DNA from: an uncultured delta proteobacterium
Lineage (GTDB): Bacteria; Desulfobacterota; Desulfuromonadia; Desulfuromonadales; JACZKF01
Direction of reading: 5' to 3'
Assembly: GCA_963816395.1 (NCBI GenBank)
Contig: CAWFKQ010000013.1
Coordinates: forward strand, 32,001-96,000
DNA: 64,000 nucleotides
The notes below the pieces were generated by a model. It searched no databases, was not told the origin of the DNA, and saw only the letters and a program-made list of their open reading frames with translations. Position 1 is the stretch's first letter. Each line of letters starts with the position of its first letter. The translations under genes were made by a program, and so were the position numbers. Shown here one piece after another: positions 1 to 11,855 of the stretch.

Positions 1-279
1 GCCCTGTGGGGAGAACGGGAGATCGGGCTGTTTCTGGCGGCTTCGGGGCTGAAGAATGCCAACGCGGAGAGGCTGCCGAGCTATCCGAGCAACCATCCGC
101 GACGGCACCTCGATTTCATCCTTTACAGCAAGGGGATCAACATTCGTGAATTCCGGGTACCACAGGTGCCTTTTTCCGATCATCTGCCGCTGATCATGGA
201 CTTCGATATCGAGGTCGAGAGAGAACAGCGCCAGAAGCCCCGCCTGCCATCGGGGGAAAAACCCGTCGGGGTAGTATAA
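1..279 (+). CDS. Endonuclease/exonuclease/phosphatase (EEP) family protein, 3' part (5' end outside window)
   Basis: Frame 1 translated by hand: ...PSYPSNHPRRHLDFILYS...VPFSDHLPLIMDF...*; LDxI and SDHLP are C-terminal EEP motifs; stop TAA 277-279. Confidence 0.8.
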   Translation, partial: ALWGEREIGLFLAASGLKNANAERLPSYPSNHPRRHLDFILYSKGINIREFRVPQVPFSDHLPLIMDFDIEVEREQRQKPRLPSGEKPVGVV

Positions 280-839
280 GAGGCGCAACTGCCCCATGAC
301 CTTCGGTACGCGGGTGCGAAAATTCTCTCGCTGCGGATTGCCGCAGCTTCCGCTTCCCCGATCATCTCCCTGCCGGGAGGAGATCCCACCCGCCATCTCC
401 GAGCAGCCGCAGAACCTCTTGCTCCGCGCTGGTGCAGCTGCTGGCGGGCGCCGGGGCTGAGGCCCCGGCCGAAGCCGAAGTCGGCGGCCGGCACGGTGAC
501 CAGCCAGGCGGGGGGAAGTCGGCCGTAGAGGCGCTCCGTCAGGGCGAGCAGGGCGGCGGGGGGGAGGAGATGGCCGAAGGGGGAAGGGGCCGGTGCCGCG
601 GCCAGGGGGCGCAGGAGCGGCGCGGCTGGAATGGCCTCGTGGATGAAGGCGGCGTCGGCGAAGAGGGCGGCGGCGATGGCCGGGTCGGCAAGGCGGGGGG
701 CGAGTTCGGGGGTGAGCTGCTGGCAGGTGAGGACCGCCAGGTCCGGCCGGCGGCATCGCCGGCCGATCCGCCGCACCAGCAGCGGCCCGGCGCCGTCGTC
801 GCGGCGCAGAGAATTGCCGCAGCCGATCAGCAGGATCAT
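180..839 (-). CDS. hoxW: Hydrogenase maturation protease (HoxW-like); true 3' end uncertain, probable frameshift near 420
   Basis: MILLIGCGNSLRRDDGAG (GxGN..DDG motif), QQLTPEL, FGxGLS; directly downstream of hoxH. Confidence 0.8.
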   Translation of the reverse strand: MILLIGCGNSLRRDDGAGPLLVRRIGRRCRRPDLAVLTCQQLTPELAPRLADPAIAAALFADAAFIHEAIPAAPLLRPLAAAPAPSPFGHLLPPAALLALTERLYGRLPPAWLVTVPAADFGFGRGLSPGARQQLHQRGARGSAAARRWRVGSPPGREMIGEAEAAAIRSERIFAPAYRRSWGSCASYTTPTGFSPDGRRGFWRCSLSTSISKSMISGR

Positions 840-840
840 G

Positions 841-2271
841 TCAGCCTCGCCGCCGGCGGTCGAGCAGTTCCCCGCCCGGGCCGCGCAGGAAAATCTCCAG
901 CGGCATCCGGCCGACGGCGTGGGTGGCGCAGGAGAGGCAGGGATCGTAGAGACGGATGCCGTGCTCCACCCGGTTGAGCAGCCCCTCCTCCAGGCGGTCA
1001 CCGTGCAGGTGCCGGCGGGCGATCTGCAGTACCGTGCGGTTCATCGCCCGGTTGTTCTGGGCGGTGGCGATGAGCAGGTTCACCCGGGTGAGCAGGCCGT
1101 TGTCGTCCACCTCGTAATGGTGGAACAGCGTCCCCCGCGGCGCCTCGGCCATGCCGACTCCCCGTTGGGCGTTGACCCCGGCCCGGGCGCGCACATGGGG
1201 GTCGGTGATCACCGGGTCGGCCAGCAGCTCCCCCATCCTCTCGATAGCGTGCAGGACCTCGATCAGCCGGGCGTGGTGGTAATGAAAGCTGCCGCTCACC
1301 GGCCCGCCATCCCGACCGGCGGCGCGGAAGCGCCGCAGTTCCTCCTCGGCCAGGGGTGTGCCGGCCTTTGCCGCCACGTTGAGGCGGGCCAGGGGGCCGA
1401 CCCGGTACATCCCCCCGCCGTCGGCCTGCGGCCGGAAGAAGGGGAACTTCATGTAGCTCCAGGATTCCTCCGCCTCCCCGAAGAACTCATCGTAGCGCTC
1501 CGCCGCTATCCCCTCCTCCAGGATCCGGCCGGTTTCATCGATCAGGCGCAGCCGGCCGCCGAAGTTCTCCAGGGCGCCCTCGGGGGTCACCATCCCCAGG
1601 AAGAGGCTGGGGAAATCCCCGTAGGTGGCCGCCTCGGCCGGATGTTCCGCCAGCACCTGCCGGCTCAGCTCGAGAAAGCCCCGGGTCACCTGCAGATACT
1701 CGGGGAGCATGCCGGCGATCTGGTCGCGGACGGCAGGGGCGAGCGGTTCGCGCACTCCGCCGGGGACCACCCAGGTGGGATGGATGCGCCGCCCGCCGAG
1801 CAGGCGCACCACCTCCTGGCCGAACTGGCGCAGGCGGATTCCCTGCCGGGCGATCTCGGGGTAGGCCTCGATCAGGCCGAAGAGGTTGCGCCGGGCCGGG
1901 TCGCTCTCGAAGCCGAGCAGCAGGTCGGGTCCGCTCAGGTGGACGAAGCTCAGGGCGTGACTCTCGACGAAAGTGGCCGACTCCATCAGCCGCCGCAGCA
2001 GCACCGCCGCCGGCGGGATGGCCACCCCGAGGATGGCGTCCCCCGCCGCCGCCGCGGCCAGGGAGTGGCTCACCGGGCAGATGCCGCAGACCCGGGCGGT
2101 GATGCCGGGCATTTCCCAGAAGGGGCGCCCCAGGCAGAACTGTTCGAATCCACGGAACTCGGTGACCTGGAAGCGGGCATCGGCCACCTCGCCGCCCTCA
2201 TCAAGAGAGAGGGTGATCTTGGCGTGCCCCTCAATACGGGTGACCGGTTCGATGGTGACGGTGCTGGTCAT
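841..2271 (-). CDS. hoxH: Bidirectional NAD-linked [NiFe] hydrogenase large subunit (group 3d)
   Basis: [18 protein letters not shown] (L1), [10 protein letters not shown] (L2) with C-terminal extension. Confidence 0.95.
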   Translation of the reverse strand: MTSTVTIEPVTRIEGHAKITLSLDEGGEVADARFQVTEFRGFEQFCLGRPFWEMPGITARVCGICPVSHSLAAAAAGDAILGVAIPPAAVLLRRLMESATFVESHALSFVHLSGPDLLLGFESDPARRNLFGLIEAYPEIARQGIRLRQFGQEVVRLLGGRRIHPTWVVPGGVREPLAPAVRDQIAGMLPEYLQVTRGFLELSRQVLAEHPAEAATYGDFPSLFLGMVTPEGALENFGGRLRLIDETGRILEEGIAAERYDEFFGEAEESWSYMKFPFFRPQADGGGMYRVGPLARLNVAAKAGTPLAEEELRRFRAAGRDGGPVSGSFHYHHARLIEVLHAIERMGELLADPVITDPHVRARAGVNAQRGVGMAEAPRGTLFHHYEVDDNGLLTRVNLLIATAQNNRAMNRTVLQIARRHLHGDRLEEGLLNRVEHGIRLYDPCLSCATHAVGRMPLEIFLRGPGGELLDRRRRG

Positions 2272-2308
2272 GGTTTGCGCCTTTACAGGTTGATTTTCGG
2301 ACAGCGGG

Positions 2309-2520
2309 CTCCGCTCTCTATTCCTGAAAAGTTCGACTTAAGTCAGTGAAAAAACCAGATAACGCAAAGACGCAAAGCTGAGAACCAAGGCGCAGAGAAA
2401 ATCCGTAAGACTGTTCGCTTTACATCCTTTGCGACTTTCATTTCCCTTTGCGCCTTAGCGTTAAAATTCTTGCTTTTCATCGCCTTCGGGTGTGCCGCAG
2501 GTACAGGGGGGACTGCGTTA
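2309..2520. repeat. Dispersed ~200-bp palindromic element, copy 1 (between hoxY and hoxH)
   Basis: Near-identical to 24533-24737, 31271-31520 (reverse) and 46183-46453; core AACGCAAAGACGCAAAG...CTTTGCGCCTTAGCGTT hairpin. Confidence 0.95.
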
Positions 2521-3069
2521 CCCGAAGGTGCGCTCCGCGGGCGCCAGGTCCACCTCTTTCCCTTCGAGCAGGGCCGTCACCGCCGCCCAGATGCGCTCAG
2601 GTGCGGGCGGGCAGCCGGGGATGAAGCCGTCCACCGGCAGCACCTGATGCAGGGGACAGGCCTTCGGCAACAGCTGCGGCAGCGTCCTGGCCGCCTCCGG
2701 GCCGTCGGGAGCGTTCCCCGGCCCGCGGTGGTAGGCTTCGGCGAGCACCTCACCGGCGGGGAAAAGGTTGCGCAGGGAGGTCACATTGCCGGTCACCGCA
2801 CAATCGCCTAAGCTGACCACCACCCGCGAGTTGGCCCGGATGATCGGCAGCAGCTCAAGATCCCGGGTGTTGGTGACCGCTCCCTCGACCAGGGTGATGT
2901 CGACCCCAGCGGGAAACTCCTTGGCATCGGTGAACGGGCCGTAGACCAGTTCGATCCGTTCGGCCAGCTCGATCAGCCGCTCCCCCAGATCGAGAAAACT
3001 CATGTGGCAGCCGGAGCAGCCCCCCAGCCAGACGGTGGCGAAGCGAATTTTGGCATCGGAAACGGGCAT
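2518..3069 (-). CDS. hoxY: Bidirectional hydrogenase small subunit
   Basis: [29 protein letters not shown]. Confidence 0.95.
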   Translation of the reverse strand: MPVSDAKIRFATVWLGGCSGCHMSFLDLGERLIELAERIELVYGPFTDAKEFPAGVDITLVEGAVTNTRDLELLPIIRANSRVVVSLGDCAVTGNVTSLRNLFPAGEVLAEAYHRGPGNAPDGPEAARTLPQLLPKACPLHQVLPVDGFIPGCPPAPERIWAAVTALLEGKEVDLAPAERTFG

Positions 3070-3103
3070 GGGAATTCTCCAGTGCGAGGGGGAAGAAAGA
3101 TCG

Positions 3104-3821
3104 CTATCCCCCCGTCTCGCTGCTCTTACGCCTTTCCAGGATCTCCAGCAGAAAACTCCGGTCCTTGACCATCTCCCCGACCGTCACCCCCTTGCTGAAC
3201 AGGGCGCCGGTCGGGCAGACCTGGACGCATTTGCCGCAGCGGGTGCAGCTGGTGCTTCTGCCCCAGGGGCGGTCCAGGTCGAGCACCACCCGGCTGGCCG
3301 CGCCGCGGCCGCGCACGTCCCAGGTGTGGGCGCCTTCCACCCGGTCGCACACCCGCACGCAGCGGGTACACAGGATGCAGCGGTTGTGGTCGAGGCCGAA
3401 GAGATCGTGGCTGGTGTCGACGGGCAGGCGCGGGTTGAGGTAGTCGAAGCGCACGTGGTCCACCCCCAGTTCGGCGCACAGGCGACTGCAGCTCGCAGTG
3501 GCCGTTGACCACGCAGACGGCGCAGTAATGGTTGCGCTCGGCCATCAGCAGTTCGAGGAGCATCCGGCGATAACCGTCCAGCCGCCCGTTGCGGGTGACC
3601 ACCTCCATCCCTTCCGCGGCGCGGGTGGTGCAGGAGGGCATCAGCCGTTTCTCGCCGGCGATTTCCACCACGCACAGGCGGCAGCCGCCCCAGGGCTCCA
3701 GTCCCTCCAGACGGCAGAGGGTGGGAATGTGAATCCCGGCGTCAGCGGCGACTTCCAGGATGGTCTGCCCCTGGCGGCCGCTGACCAGGTGGCCGTCGAT
3801 GGTCAGGGTAATGACCGGCAT
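3104..3821 (-). CDS. hoxU: Diaphorase Fe-S subunit HoxU (frameshift near 3480)
   Basis: [35 protein letters not shown] in one frame; [15 protein letters not shown] and [16 protein letters not shown] in the next. Confidence 0.9.
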
Positions 3822-5539
3822 CAGGAGCCCTCCCCGTCTGGCGCGCCGCCGGCAGGCGGCGGAGATGTTCCTCGGCCTCCCTGGCCAGGGAGCTTCCGGT
3901 CATCCGGCAGACCCCGGCCGGGCAGCGCCGCTCGCGGATATGGGCCAGGTACTCGTCGGCAAAGTACTTCAGGGTGGCGCGCACCGGATTGGGGGCGGCG
4001 GCGCCCAGGCCGCAGAGGGAGACCTCGCGGGCCAGGTCGCAGAGCTCCTCCAGGCGCTCGAGGTCATGTTCGCCGGCGGCGCCGCTGCCGATGCGGTCGA
4101 GCAGCCGGTACATCTCCACCGTCCCCACCCGGCAGGGGATGCATTTGCCGCAGCTCTCCTCCAGGCAGAACCCCATGAAAAAGCGGGCCAGGTCCACCAT
4201 GCAGACGCCCTCCCCCATGACGATCAGCCCGCCCGAGCCCATGATGGAGCCGAGGGCCGCCAGCCGCTCGTAGTCCACGGGGGTATCCAGATGCGCCGCC
4301 GGGATGCAGCCGCCGCTGGGGCCGCCGGTCTGGGCCGCCTTGAAGGGGCGGCCGCCGGTCATGCCGCCGCCGATGCCGAAGACGATCTCCCGCAGCGTCG
4401 TCCCCATGGCGACCTCGATCACCCCGGTGTCCGCCACCTCCCCGGTGAGGGCGAAGACCTTGGTGCCGCGGCTGCGGTCTACCCCCAGGGCGGCGAAGGC
4501 CGCGGCGCCGCGGCGGATGATGGGGGGAACGGCGCCGAGGGTCTCGACGTTGTTGATCAGGGTGGGAAAGCCCCACAGCCCCCGCTGCGCCGGGTAGGGA
4601 GGACGGGGAACCGGGCTGCCGCGGCGGCCCATGATCGAATTCATCAGCGCCGTCTCCTCGCCGCAGACGTAGGCGCCGGCCCCCATGCGCAGGTCGATGC
4701 GGAAGCTGAAACTGCTCTCCAGGACCCGGGCGCCGAGCAGGCCCAGACGCTCGGCATCGCGGATGGCCTGCTGCAGCCGCCGGGCCGCCACCGGATATTC
4801 CCCGCGCACATAAACGTACCCCTGGGTCGCCCCGACGGCATAGCCGGCGATGGCCATCCCCTCCAGCAGGCGGTGCGGATCGGATTCCATCAGGGTGCGG
4901 TCCATGAAGGCCCCGGGATCCCCCTCGTCGCCATTGGCTACCACGAACTTGCGCTCCCCCGGCGCCTTGCGCATCAGCTGCCACTTGAGGCCGGTCGGGT
5001 AGCCGGCGCCGCCGCGGCCGCGCAGGCCGCTGTCGGCAATGGCGGCGCAGACCTCCTCCGGACTCATCTCGTGCAGGGCCTTGGCCAGGGCCGCATAGCC
5101 GTCGGCAGCCACGGCATCGGCGACATCCTCGGGGTCGATCAGGCCGCTGTTTTCGAGCACCCAGCGGTTCTGCCGGGTAAAGAAGGGATGGTCCGGGGGC
5201 AGGACCGACAGGTCCGGCGCATTCCCCTGATGCAGGTGCTTTTCCAGGATTTCCCGAGCCGTTTCGGGGGTGACCCGCTCATAGATCACCTCCGGCTCGC
5301 CAGCCCGGCGGACGATAACCAGCGGCCCGCGGCTGCAGGGGCCGAGGCAGCCGGTCGCCTGTCACCACCACCTCCCCCGGTCGGTCGCCGGCGGCCAGCG
5401 CCTCCTCCAGCGCCCGGCGCACCGCCGGTGCCCCCGAGGTGAGGCAGGGGGTGCTGAAGCAGACCTGGAACCGGACCGGGATTGCCGCCTGCGCCCGCTG
5501 CGCCGCGTCCCGGAGATGGTGCAGTTCCGTCCGGTTCAT
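3821..5539 (-). CDS. hoxF: Diaphorase flavoprotein subunit HoxF (NuoF-like; frameshifts near 5360, 5290 and the 3' end)
   Basis: [56 protein letters not shown]-terminal thioredoxin-like Fe-S domain split over frames. Confidence 0.9.
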
Positions 5540-6086
5540 GCCTGCCTCCGAGTAGTTCAGTGGCCGCTTTTTTCGCTCCCCTGGTTTTCGTCCAAGGAGT
5601 TTTCGCACCTGGCTCTATCGTCGAGGCGGGCGCCGCGTGGCCGAGCACCCGGTCGTCGAGGGTCAGCATGGGTGCCAGGGTGCAATTTCCCAGACAGCGC
5701 GCCGTCCCCAGGCTCAGCCGCCCGTCGGCGGTGGTCTGCCCGGCCGGCAGGGCAAAGGCCTCCTCCAGGGCGGCGACAATTCCCCCGGCTCCCTTGATGT
5801 GGCAGACGGTGCCGGTGCAGACCACGCAGTTGTGGGCACCCTTGGGCTGCAGGGAGAAGAAATGATAGAAGGTGGCGACGCCGAAGACCTGGCTCTCCGG
5901 CAGGCGCAGGGCGCGGGCGACGTAATGGAGGACTTCCTCGCTCAGAAAGCCGTAGGCGTTCTGAGCCACGTGCAGAACCTCGATGAGGGCATCCGGCTGA
6001 TGACGGGCTCGCCGAATCGCCCGCTCCACCTGCCGCAGGCGCGGATCGACCGCCTCAGTATGTTCCACTGGTTTCCCTTCCGCCAT
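5536..6086 (-). CDS. hoxE: Bidirectional hydrogenase subunit HoxE (NuoE-like; 3' frameshift)
   Basis: [49 protein letters not shown]. Confidence 0.9.
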
Positions 6087-6260
6087 GGCTTCTCCAGCTT
6101 CTTTACCGGCCGCGGTACGCGCCGGCAAGAGGCAGCAGGGCAATTCCGCCCTACCAAGGTAATGGAAAAAAGGCCTTTTTCAACTGGCGGAAGGTGAATT
6201 TCCAGGGCTGTCTCCGGCAGTGGAAGAGAGGGGAAAGGAGGAGGATTTCTCCTCCGCATG

Positions 6261-6292
6261 AAAAAAGCGACCCCCGCGGAGGTCGCTTTTTT
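6261..6292. terminator. Intrinsic terminator (bidirectional shape) downstream of Spy/CpxP gene
   Basis: AAAAAAGCGACC-cccgcgga-GGTCGCTTTTTT. Confidence 0.8.
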
Positions 6293-6312
6293 CGAGACGG
6301 AAGGCTGGGCGT

Positions 6313-6800
6313 CTATTGGCAACGTTTTCCGTGCCGGCCACGGCCTTCACCCATCCAGGGACCCATTTTGCCGGCCTGTTCCCGCTGCTGCGGGGTGAGG
6401 ACGGTGAACACCTGGTTCTGCACCCGCGCCCGGTGGACCATCAGCTCGGTCTGGGTGGCCGCCTGCTGCTCGGCCAGGCCCGCACCTTGGCTTCGTCGAA
6501 GGTGCTGCTCCAGGCAAGCTCATGCAGCTTTTGGCGATTCTGCCGCAGCTGCTGGCGCAGGTCCTGGGTCCCCTGCCATTCTTTCTGATGGATGGCCTTG
6601 ATCTGCGCCACCTGGGCGTCGGTCAGGTTGAGCGCCTTGGCCATGTTTGCCAGTCTCGGCGGCATCTGGCTGCCGTCGAATCCCTGGCCGGTGGCCGGTG
6701 GATTCCCCCCTGCGGCGGGAGCGGCCATGGCCTTGGTGAAAAGGGCACCGCCGATGGACATCATGATGACCAGTACGCTGATGACGAACCTGTTTTTCAT
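6313..6800 (-). CDS. Spy/CpxP family periplasmic chaperone (frameshift near 6480)
   Basis: Signal peptide, LNLTDAQ (LTxxQ), FDEAKVRA, then LAEQQ...VLTPQQREQ in adjacent frame. Confidence 0.85.
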
Positions 6801-6879
6801 CTCATTTCTCCTTTCGAGGCTGCAGGTCGGTCGAGGTTCTTCGATGGATTCAGCGTAGCCGGTTTCCTGTTAATCGGAG

Positions 6880-6905
6880 GTAAAATTGCTGTAAAGGAAT
6901 GTAAA
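6880..6905. promoter_or_regulatory. CpxR/OmpR-type direct-repeat box upstream of spy/cpxP-like gene
   Basis: GTAAA-N6-GTAAA-N5-GTAAA at 6880, 6891, 6901; matches the GTAAA-N5-GTAAA CpxR consensus. Confidence 0.55.
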
Positions 6906-6923
6906 GTAATACCGGGAACTTGC

Positions 6924-7256
6924 CTATTTCGATCGGTCGACCATGTACTGGACCGCAGCCTTGACCTGATCGTCGCTCAGGCTGGGATTCCCGCCCTTGG
7001 CCGGCATCTGCTGGAAACCGTGGATGGCATGGTCATACAGGGTCTGCATCCCCTGGGCGATCCGCTCCTTCCAGGCCTTCTGGTCGCCGATCGGGGGGGC
7101 GCCCAGGACCCCGGAGGAATGACAGGCGGCGCACGTATTTTCATAGACAGCCTTGCCATTGGCGGTGTTCTGGCCGGACGATTGGTCCATGGCCTGTACG
7201 GGGAGGGCAAAAACGAGCAGCAGCAAAAGGGATGGCCAGAAAAACTTCGGTTGCAT
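6924..7256 (-). CDS. Cytochrome c5-like monoheme cytochrome
   Basis: Signal peptide, CAACH, GAP..GD..AW..R, MPAKGG. Confidence 0.9.
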   Translation of the reverse strand: MQPKFFWPSLLLLLVFALPVQAMDQSSGQNTANGKAVYENTCAACHSSGVLGAPPIGDQKAWKERIAQGMQTLYDHAIHGFQQMPAKGGNPSLSDDQVKAAVQYMVDRSK

Positions 7257-7475
7257 GATTTCCTCCTGTTTGTTCGCGCGGGTGAATGAAGCGGATAAAA
7301 TTTACCCCCATTTCCAAGCTTTTCAACCCGGCATCCTGCTCCAGGGGGGTAGGGGGAGCCGGCACCGAATCGATTAATTTTATTTTCACTCCAAATGAAA
7401 CTTCGCGTAAAGTGCATTCACCCTTATTCATGGAAAAATATTGCCCGGGACGGGATCGCGGGGGGGTGCCAGAGC

Positions 7476-9316
7476 ATGAACGAAAAACCTGGAAAACCTG
7501 ACAGCGGAAAGGAAAAGGGGTTGCAGGGCCGATCGCGCTCCTGGCCGCGGGCTCTTCGTTTCTTTTATTTCCGGATCTGGCTGGCGGAGACCTATCAGGC
7601 CGCCGAACGGCACCAGATCCTCTTCTGGGCCGGCTTGGTGGGGGTCCTGGGCGGCCTGTCATCGGTGGCGTTCCGCAAGGTGCTGGCCCTGACGGCTTTC
7701 TTCCTCACCGGGCATAGCGGCGGCATGGTTGAGATCTTCTCCCAGCTGCCGGCCTGGAAACGGCTGCTTCTGCCGATGGCCGGCGGCATCGTTGCCGGTC
7801 TGCTGATCAATTACGGCGGCAAGCTTAAATCGAGCCGGAGGAAGACCACCGATTTCATGGAGGCCGTGGCCCTCGGCGACGGCACCCTGTCCTTTTCTTC
7901 CAGCGTGGCCAAAACCCTGTCCGCCCTCTCCTCCATCGCCTCCGGCGGCTCGATCGGCCGGGAAGGGCCGATGGTGCAGCTGGCCGCGCTGATGGCTTCC
8001 CTGGTGGCGCGGACCCGATCCTGGACCGTGTCCCGGCGCCGCCTGATTCTCGCCTGCGGGGCCTCCGCCGGGATCGCTTCGGCCTACAACGCGCCGATTG
8101 CCGGCGCGCTCTTCGTCGCCGAGATCGTTTTGGGTTCCATCGCCATGGAAACCTTCGGCCCGCTGATCCTGTCCTCCGTCCTGGCGACCCAGGTGGTCCA
8201 CTTCCTCGCCGGGAGCACGCCGCTGTACGCCATCCCCCCTTTCCAACTGAACTCCGGCCTGGAACTGTTTCATTTCCTGCATCCTCGGCCTTCTCGCCGG
8301 TCTGCTCGCCCCCTGGTTCCTGCGCGCCCTGCGCGGCAGCGAACAGCTTTTTGCCGATACCCGGCTGCCGATATCACTGCGCATGGGGCTGGGCGGGCTG
8401 ATCGTGGGCCTGATCGCGATGTGGCATCCGCAGGTCTGCGGCAACGGCTACAGCGTCGTCACCGGCATTCTGCACGAGGAATGGCTCTGGTCGAGTCTGG
8501 CCGTCATCATGCTGCTGAAGGTGGTGGCCACCTGCTCCAGCTTCGGTTCGGGGGCGGTCGGCGGCGTCTTTACCCCGACGCTGTTCATGGGGGCCAGCCT
8601 GGGCTATCTCTTCGGCCACGGCTGGCAGGCCCTCGGCTTCGGTACCCTGCCCAATCCCGGCGCCTTCGCCCTGACCGGAATGGGGATGTTCCTGGCGGCA
8701 ACCACCCAGGCGCCCGCTCATGGCGATCATCATCATTCTGGAAATGACGCTGGACTATCAGCTCATCCTGCCGCTGATGCTGGGGTGCGTCGTCGCCTAC
8801 GTCGTCGCCCGCTCCATCGAACCCCGATCGATTTACAGCCAGGCGCTCGAACGCAAGGGGGACGTTCACCTGGAACATGCGCTGCTCCGCCTGCGGGTGG
8901 GGAACCTGATGAAGCCGGACCCGGTGCGGGTGCGCGAGGAAACCCCGTTCAGGGAAATCGCCGGGCACTTTCTCCTGCACACCTCACGCTATCTGTACGT
9001 GGTCGATGCCGCGGAGAACTACCTGGGAGCCATCAGCGTCGAGGACATCAAGGAGCACCTGGGCAGTTCGTCCCTGGCCGATCTGGTCATCGCCAGGGAT
9101 CTGCTCCGCCCGAACCCCCAGGGGATCGCTGTGTCCTCTTCCCTGGAAGAGGCGCTGCAGCGGTTCACCCTGCATGAAGGGGAGCGTCTGCCGGTGGTGG
9201 CCGACGGCGCCGCGCCGCGTCTTCTGGGGAGCATCGCCAAGACCGATCTGCTGCTGGCCCTGGCCGACCGCCTGCCGCTCGGCCAACGGGTGCCCGTGGA
9301 CGGCAGGGGCGAGTGA
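7476..9316 (+). CDS. ClC-family chloride channel/antiporter with C-terminal CBS pair (frameshifts near 8280 and 8715)
   Basis: GGSIGREGPMVQL, YNAPIAGALF, GSGAVGGVFTPTLF, CBS domains in 8720-9316 frame. Confidence 0.9.
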
Positions 9317-9356
9317 GGTTCAAGGTGGGGCGGTCAGCCCCCGATTCTAAGGAAGC

Positions 9357-10050
9357 TTAATTTTTCCGGGATACGCCTGAAAGCTGCGTCTCCGCCAGCG
9401 ACCGCACCGCAGGCAGAATGCGGCGGACAATTTCCGCCACTCCCCGGCTGTTGGGGTGCAGGCCGTCCGCCTGGGTCAGACTCCGGCTTGCCGAACACCC
9501 CCTGGAGGAAGAAGGGATAGAGGGCGACGGCGTATTTCTTCGCCAGCCGGGGATAGATGGCGTCGAAACGGCGGACGTAATCCGCCCCCAGGTTGCGCGG
9601 GGCGCGCATGCCGGTGAGCAGGGTCGGGATTTTTCGTCTCCGCAGGGTGGCGAGAATGGCCTCGAGGTTCGCCTCGGTGTCCGCCGGGTCGAGGGCGCGC
9701 AGGGCGTCGTTGCCCCCCAGTTCCACGATCACCAGGTCCGGGTCCCCCTGCAGGACCCAGTCGAGGCGCGCCCGGCCGCCGGCGGTGGTGTCGCCGGAGA
9801 CCCCGGCGTCAATGACCGTAGCATCGAGGCCGCTGCGGCGCAGGGCTTCTTCCAGGCGGGCGGGAAAGGCATCGCCGGCGGGCAGGCCGTAACCGGCGGT
9901 CAGGCTGTCGCCGAGCACGGCGATGGTGAGCCCGGCGCCGGCAGCGATCCCGGGGAAAACCGCCGCCGGCGCCAGCAGGAGCAGGCAGAGGCCAAGGTGA
10001 AGTGTACGCCGGAGCGGAAGGCGGCCGGCGAAGGAGAAGGGAAGGCGCAT
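9357..10050 (-). CDS. Arylesterase / TesA-like SGNH (GDSL) hydrolase (frameshift near 9485)
   Basis: LGDSLTAGYG, AGVSGDTT, LGGND, DGLHPN in shifted frame. Confidence 0.9.
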
Positions 10051-10182
10051 GGCGGATCCATTGGCGGTGGGAAACAGTCTCAAGTTTAGGCGGTGGCCGC
10101 GGAGAGGTCAATAACCGGCGGATCGCGGCAGGAAACTGTCCCCTCGGAAGAGCGCGGGATCGCCCTGAATCGCTGATGGGAG

Positions 10183-10225
10183 GCAGCAGCAAAGGGCAGC
10201 CGCGCCGGCTGCCCTTTGCTGTTGC
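10183..10225 (-). terminator. Hairpin/terminator downstream of pckA
   Basis: GCAGCAGCAAAGGGCAGCCG-cgc-CGGCTGCCCTTTGCTGTTGC. Confidence 0.6.
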
Positions 10226-10246
10226 AGGGAGATCGGAGGAAGCCGT

Positions 10247-11855
10247 TTACACCTTCGGCCCGGCCTGGGTGTAATCGAAGTCATCCCCGTCTTTGATGTA
10301 CTTCTTGAAATTTTCGATGAACATGCCCGCCAACTGGTTGGCGGTGGCGTCGAACTTCTCCCTGTCGGCCCAGGAGTTGCGCGGGTTCAACAGGGCGCTG
10401 TCGACGCCGGGCAGGGCTTTGGGGATGCTGAGACGAAAGCCCCCGGTCTGCTCGAATTCGGCTTTCTCGATGCTGCCGTCGAGGATGGCATTGACGCAGG
10501 CGCGGGTCGCCTTGATGCTCATCCGCTTGCCCGACCCCGTAGCCGCCGCCGGTCCAGCCGGTATTGACCAGATAGGCGTTGACGCCGTGCCGCGCCATCT
10601 TCTCTCCCAGCAGCCTGGCGTAGACGGTGGGATGCAGCGGCAGGAAGGCCTCGCCGAAGCAGGCGGAGAAAGTCGCCTGCGGCTCGGTGACGCCGCGTTC
10701 GGTGCCGGCCACCTTGGCCGTGTAGCCGGAGAGGAAATAATACATCGCCTGCTCCCTGGTCAGCCTGGCGACCGGCGGCAGGACACCGAAAGCATCGCAG
10801 GTGAGAAAGATGATGTTCTTCGGATGGTCGCCCATCAGGCTCGGCTCGTGGCTTTCGATGTGTTCGATGGGGTAGGAGACGCGGGTGTTCTCGGTCTTGG
10901 AGGGGTCGTCGAAGTCGATCACCCCCTCCTCGTCCGCCACCACGTTCTCCAGCAGGGCATTGCGCTGGATGGCGTTGTAGATCTCCGGCTCGCTTTCGGC
11001 GGAGAGATTGATGCATTTGGCATAACAGCCCCCCTCGAAATTGAAGATGCCGTCGTCGTCCCAGCCGTGCTCGTCGTCGCCGATCAGCTTGCGGCCGGGA
11101 TCGGTGGAGAGGGTGGTCTTGCCGGTGCCGGAGAGGCCGAAGAAGAGGCAGACGTCCCCTTCTCTGCCGACGTTGGCGCTGCAGTGCATGGAAAGGATTC
11201 CCTGCAGCGGCAGCCAGTAGTTCATCATGGTGAAGATGCCTTTTTTCATCTCCCCGCCGTACCAGGTGCCGCCGATTATGGCGATCTTCTTCTCGATGTT
11301 GAAGGCGATGAAAACCTCGGAGTTCAGGCCGTGGCGCTCCCAGTTCCGATTGCTGAGCTTGCTGGCCTTGTAAACCGTGAAGTCGGGGGTGAAGCCGGCC
11401 AGGTCTTTGGCGCCGGGGCGGATGAACATGTTTTTGACGAAATGCGACTGCCAGGCGAATTCGGTCACGAAGCGCACCGATTTGCGGGTCTTTTCGCTCG
11501 CCCCGCAAAAGCCGTCGGTCACGTAGAGGTCCTTGCCGGAGAGATAGTCGATCGTTTCGGCATAGAGTTCATCGAAGATTTCCGGGGCCATCGGCTGATT
11601 GATATTGCCCCAGGCGATGTGACGAAAAGAGGGGAGCTGATGGACGAAATACTTGTCCTTGGGAGAGCGGCCGGTATATTTGCCGGTGTCGACCATCATC
11701 GTGCCATTGGCGGCAACCGCCCCCTCCCGGTTGCGGGTTTCGTGGGCGAAGAGCGTCTGGTAATCGAGGTTGTGATAGATCCTGCCGATGCTTTTCAGCC
11801 CCAGCTTCCCGGCGGTCAGGTCGGTGATCTCGTCCATGTCGGTCGCTTGTTCCAT
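10247..11855 (-). CDS. pckA: Phosphoenolpyruvate carboxykinase (ATP) (frameshift near 10525)
   Basis: [47 protein letters not shown]. Confidence 0.97.
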
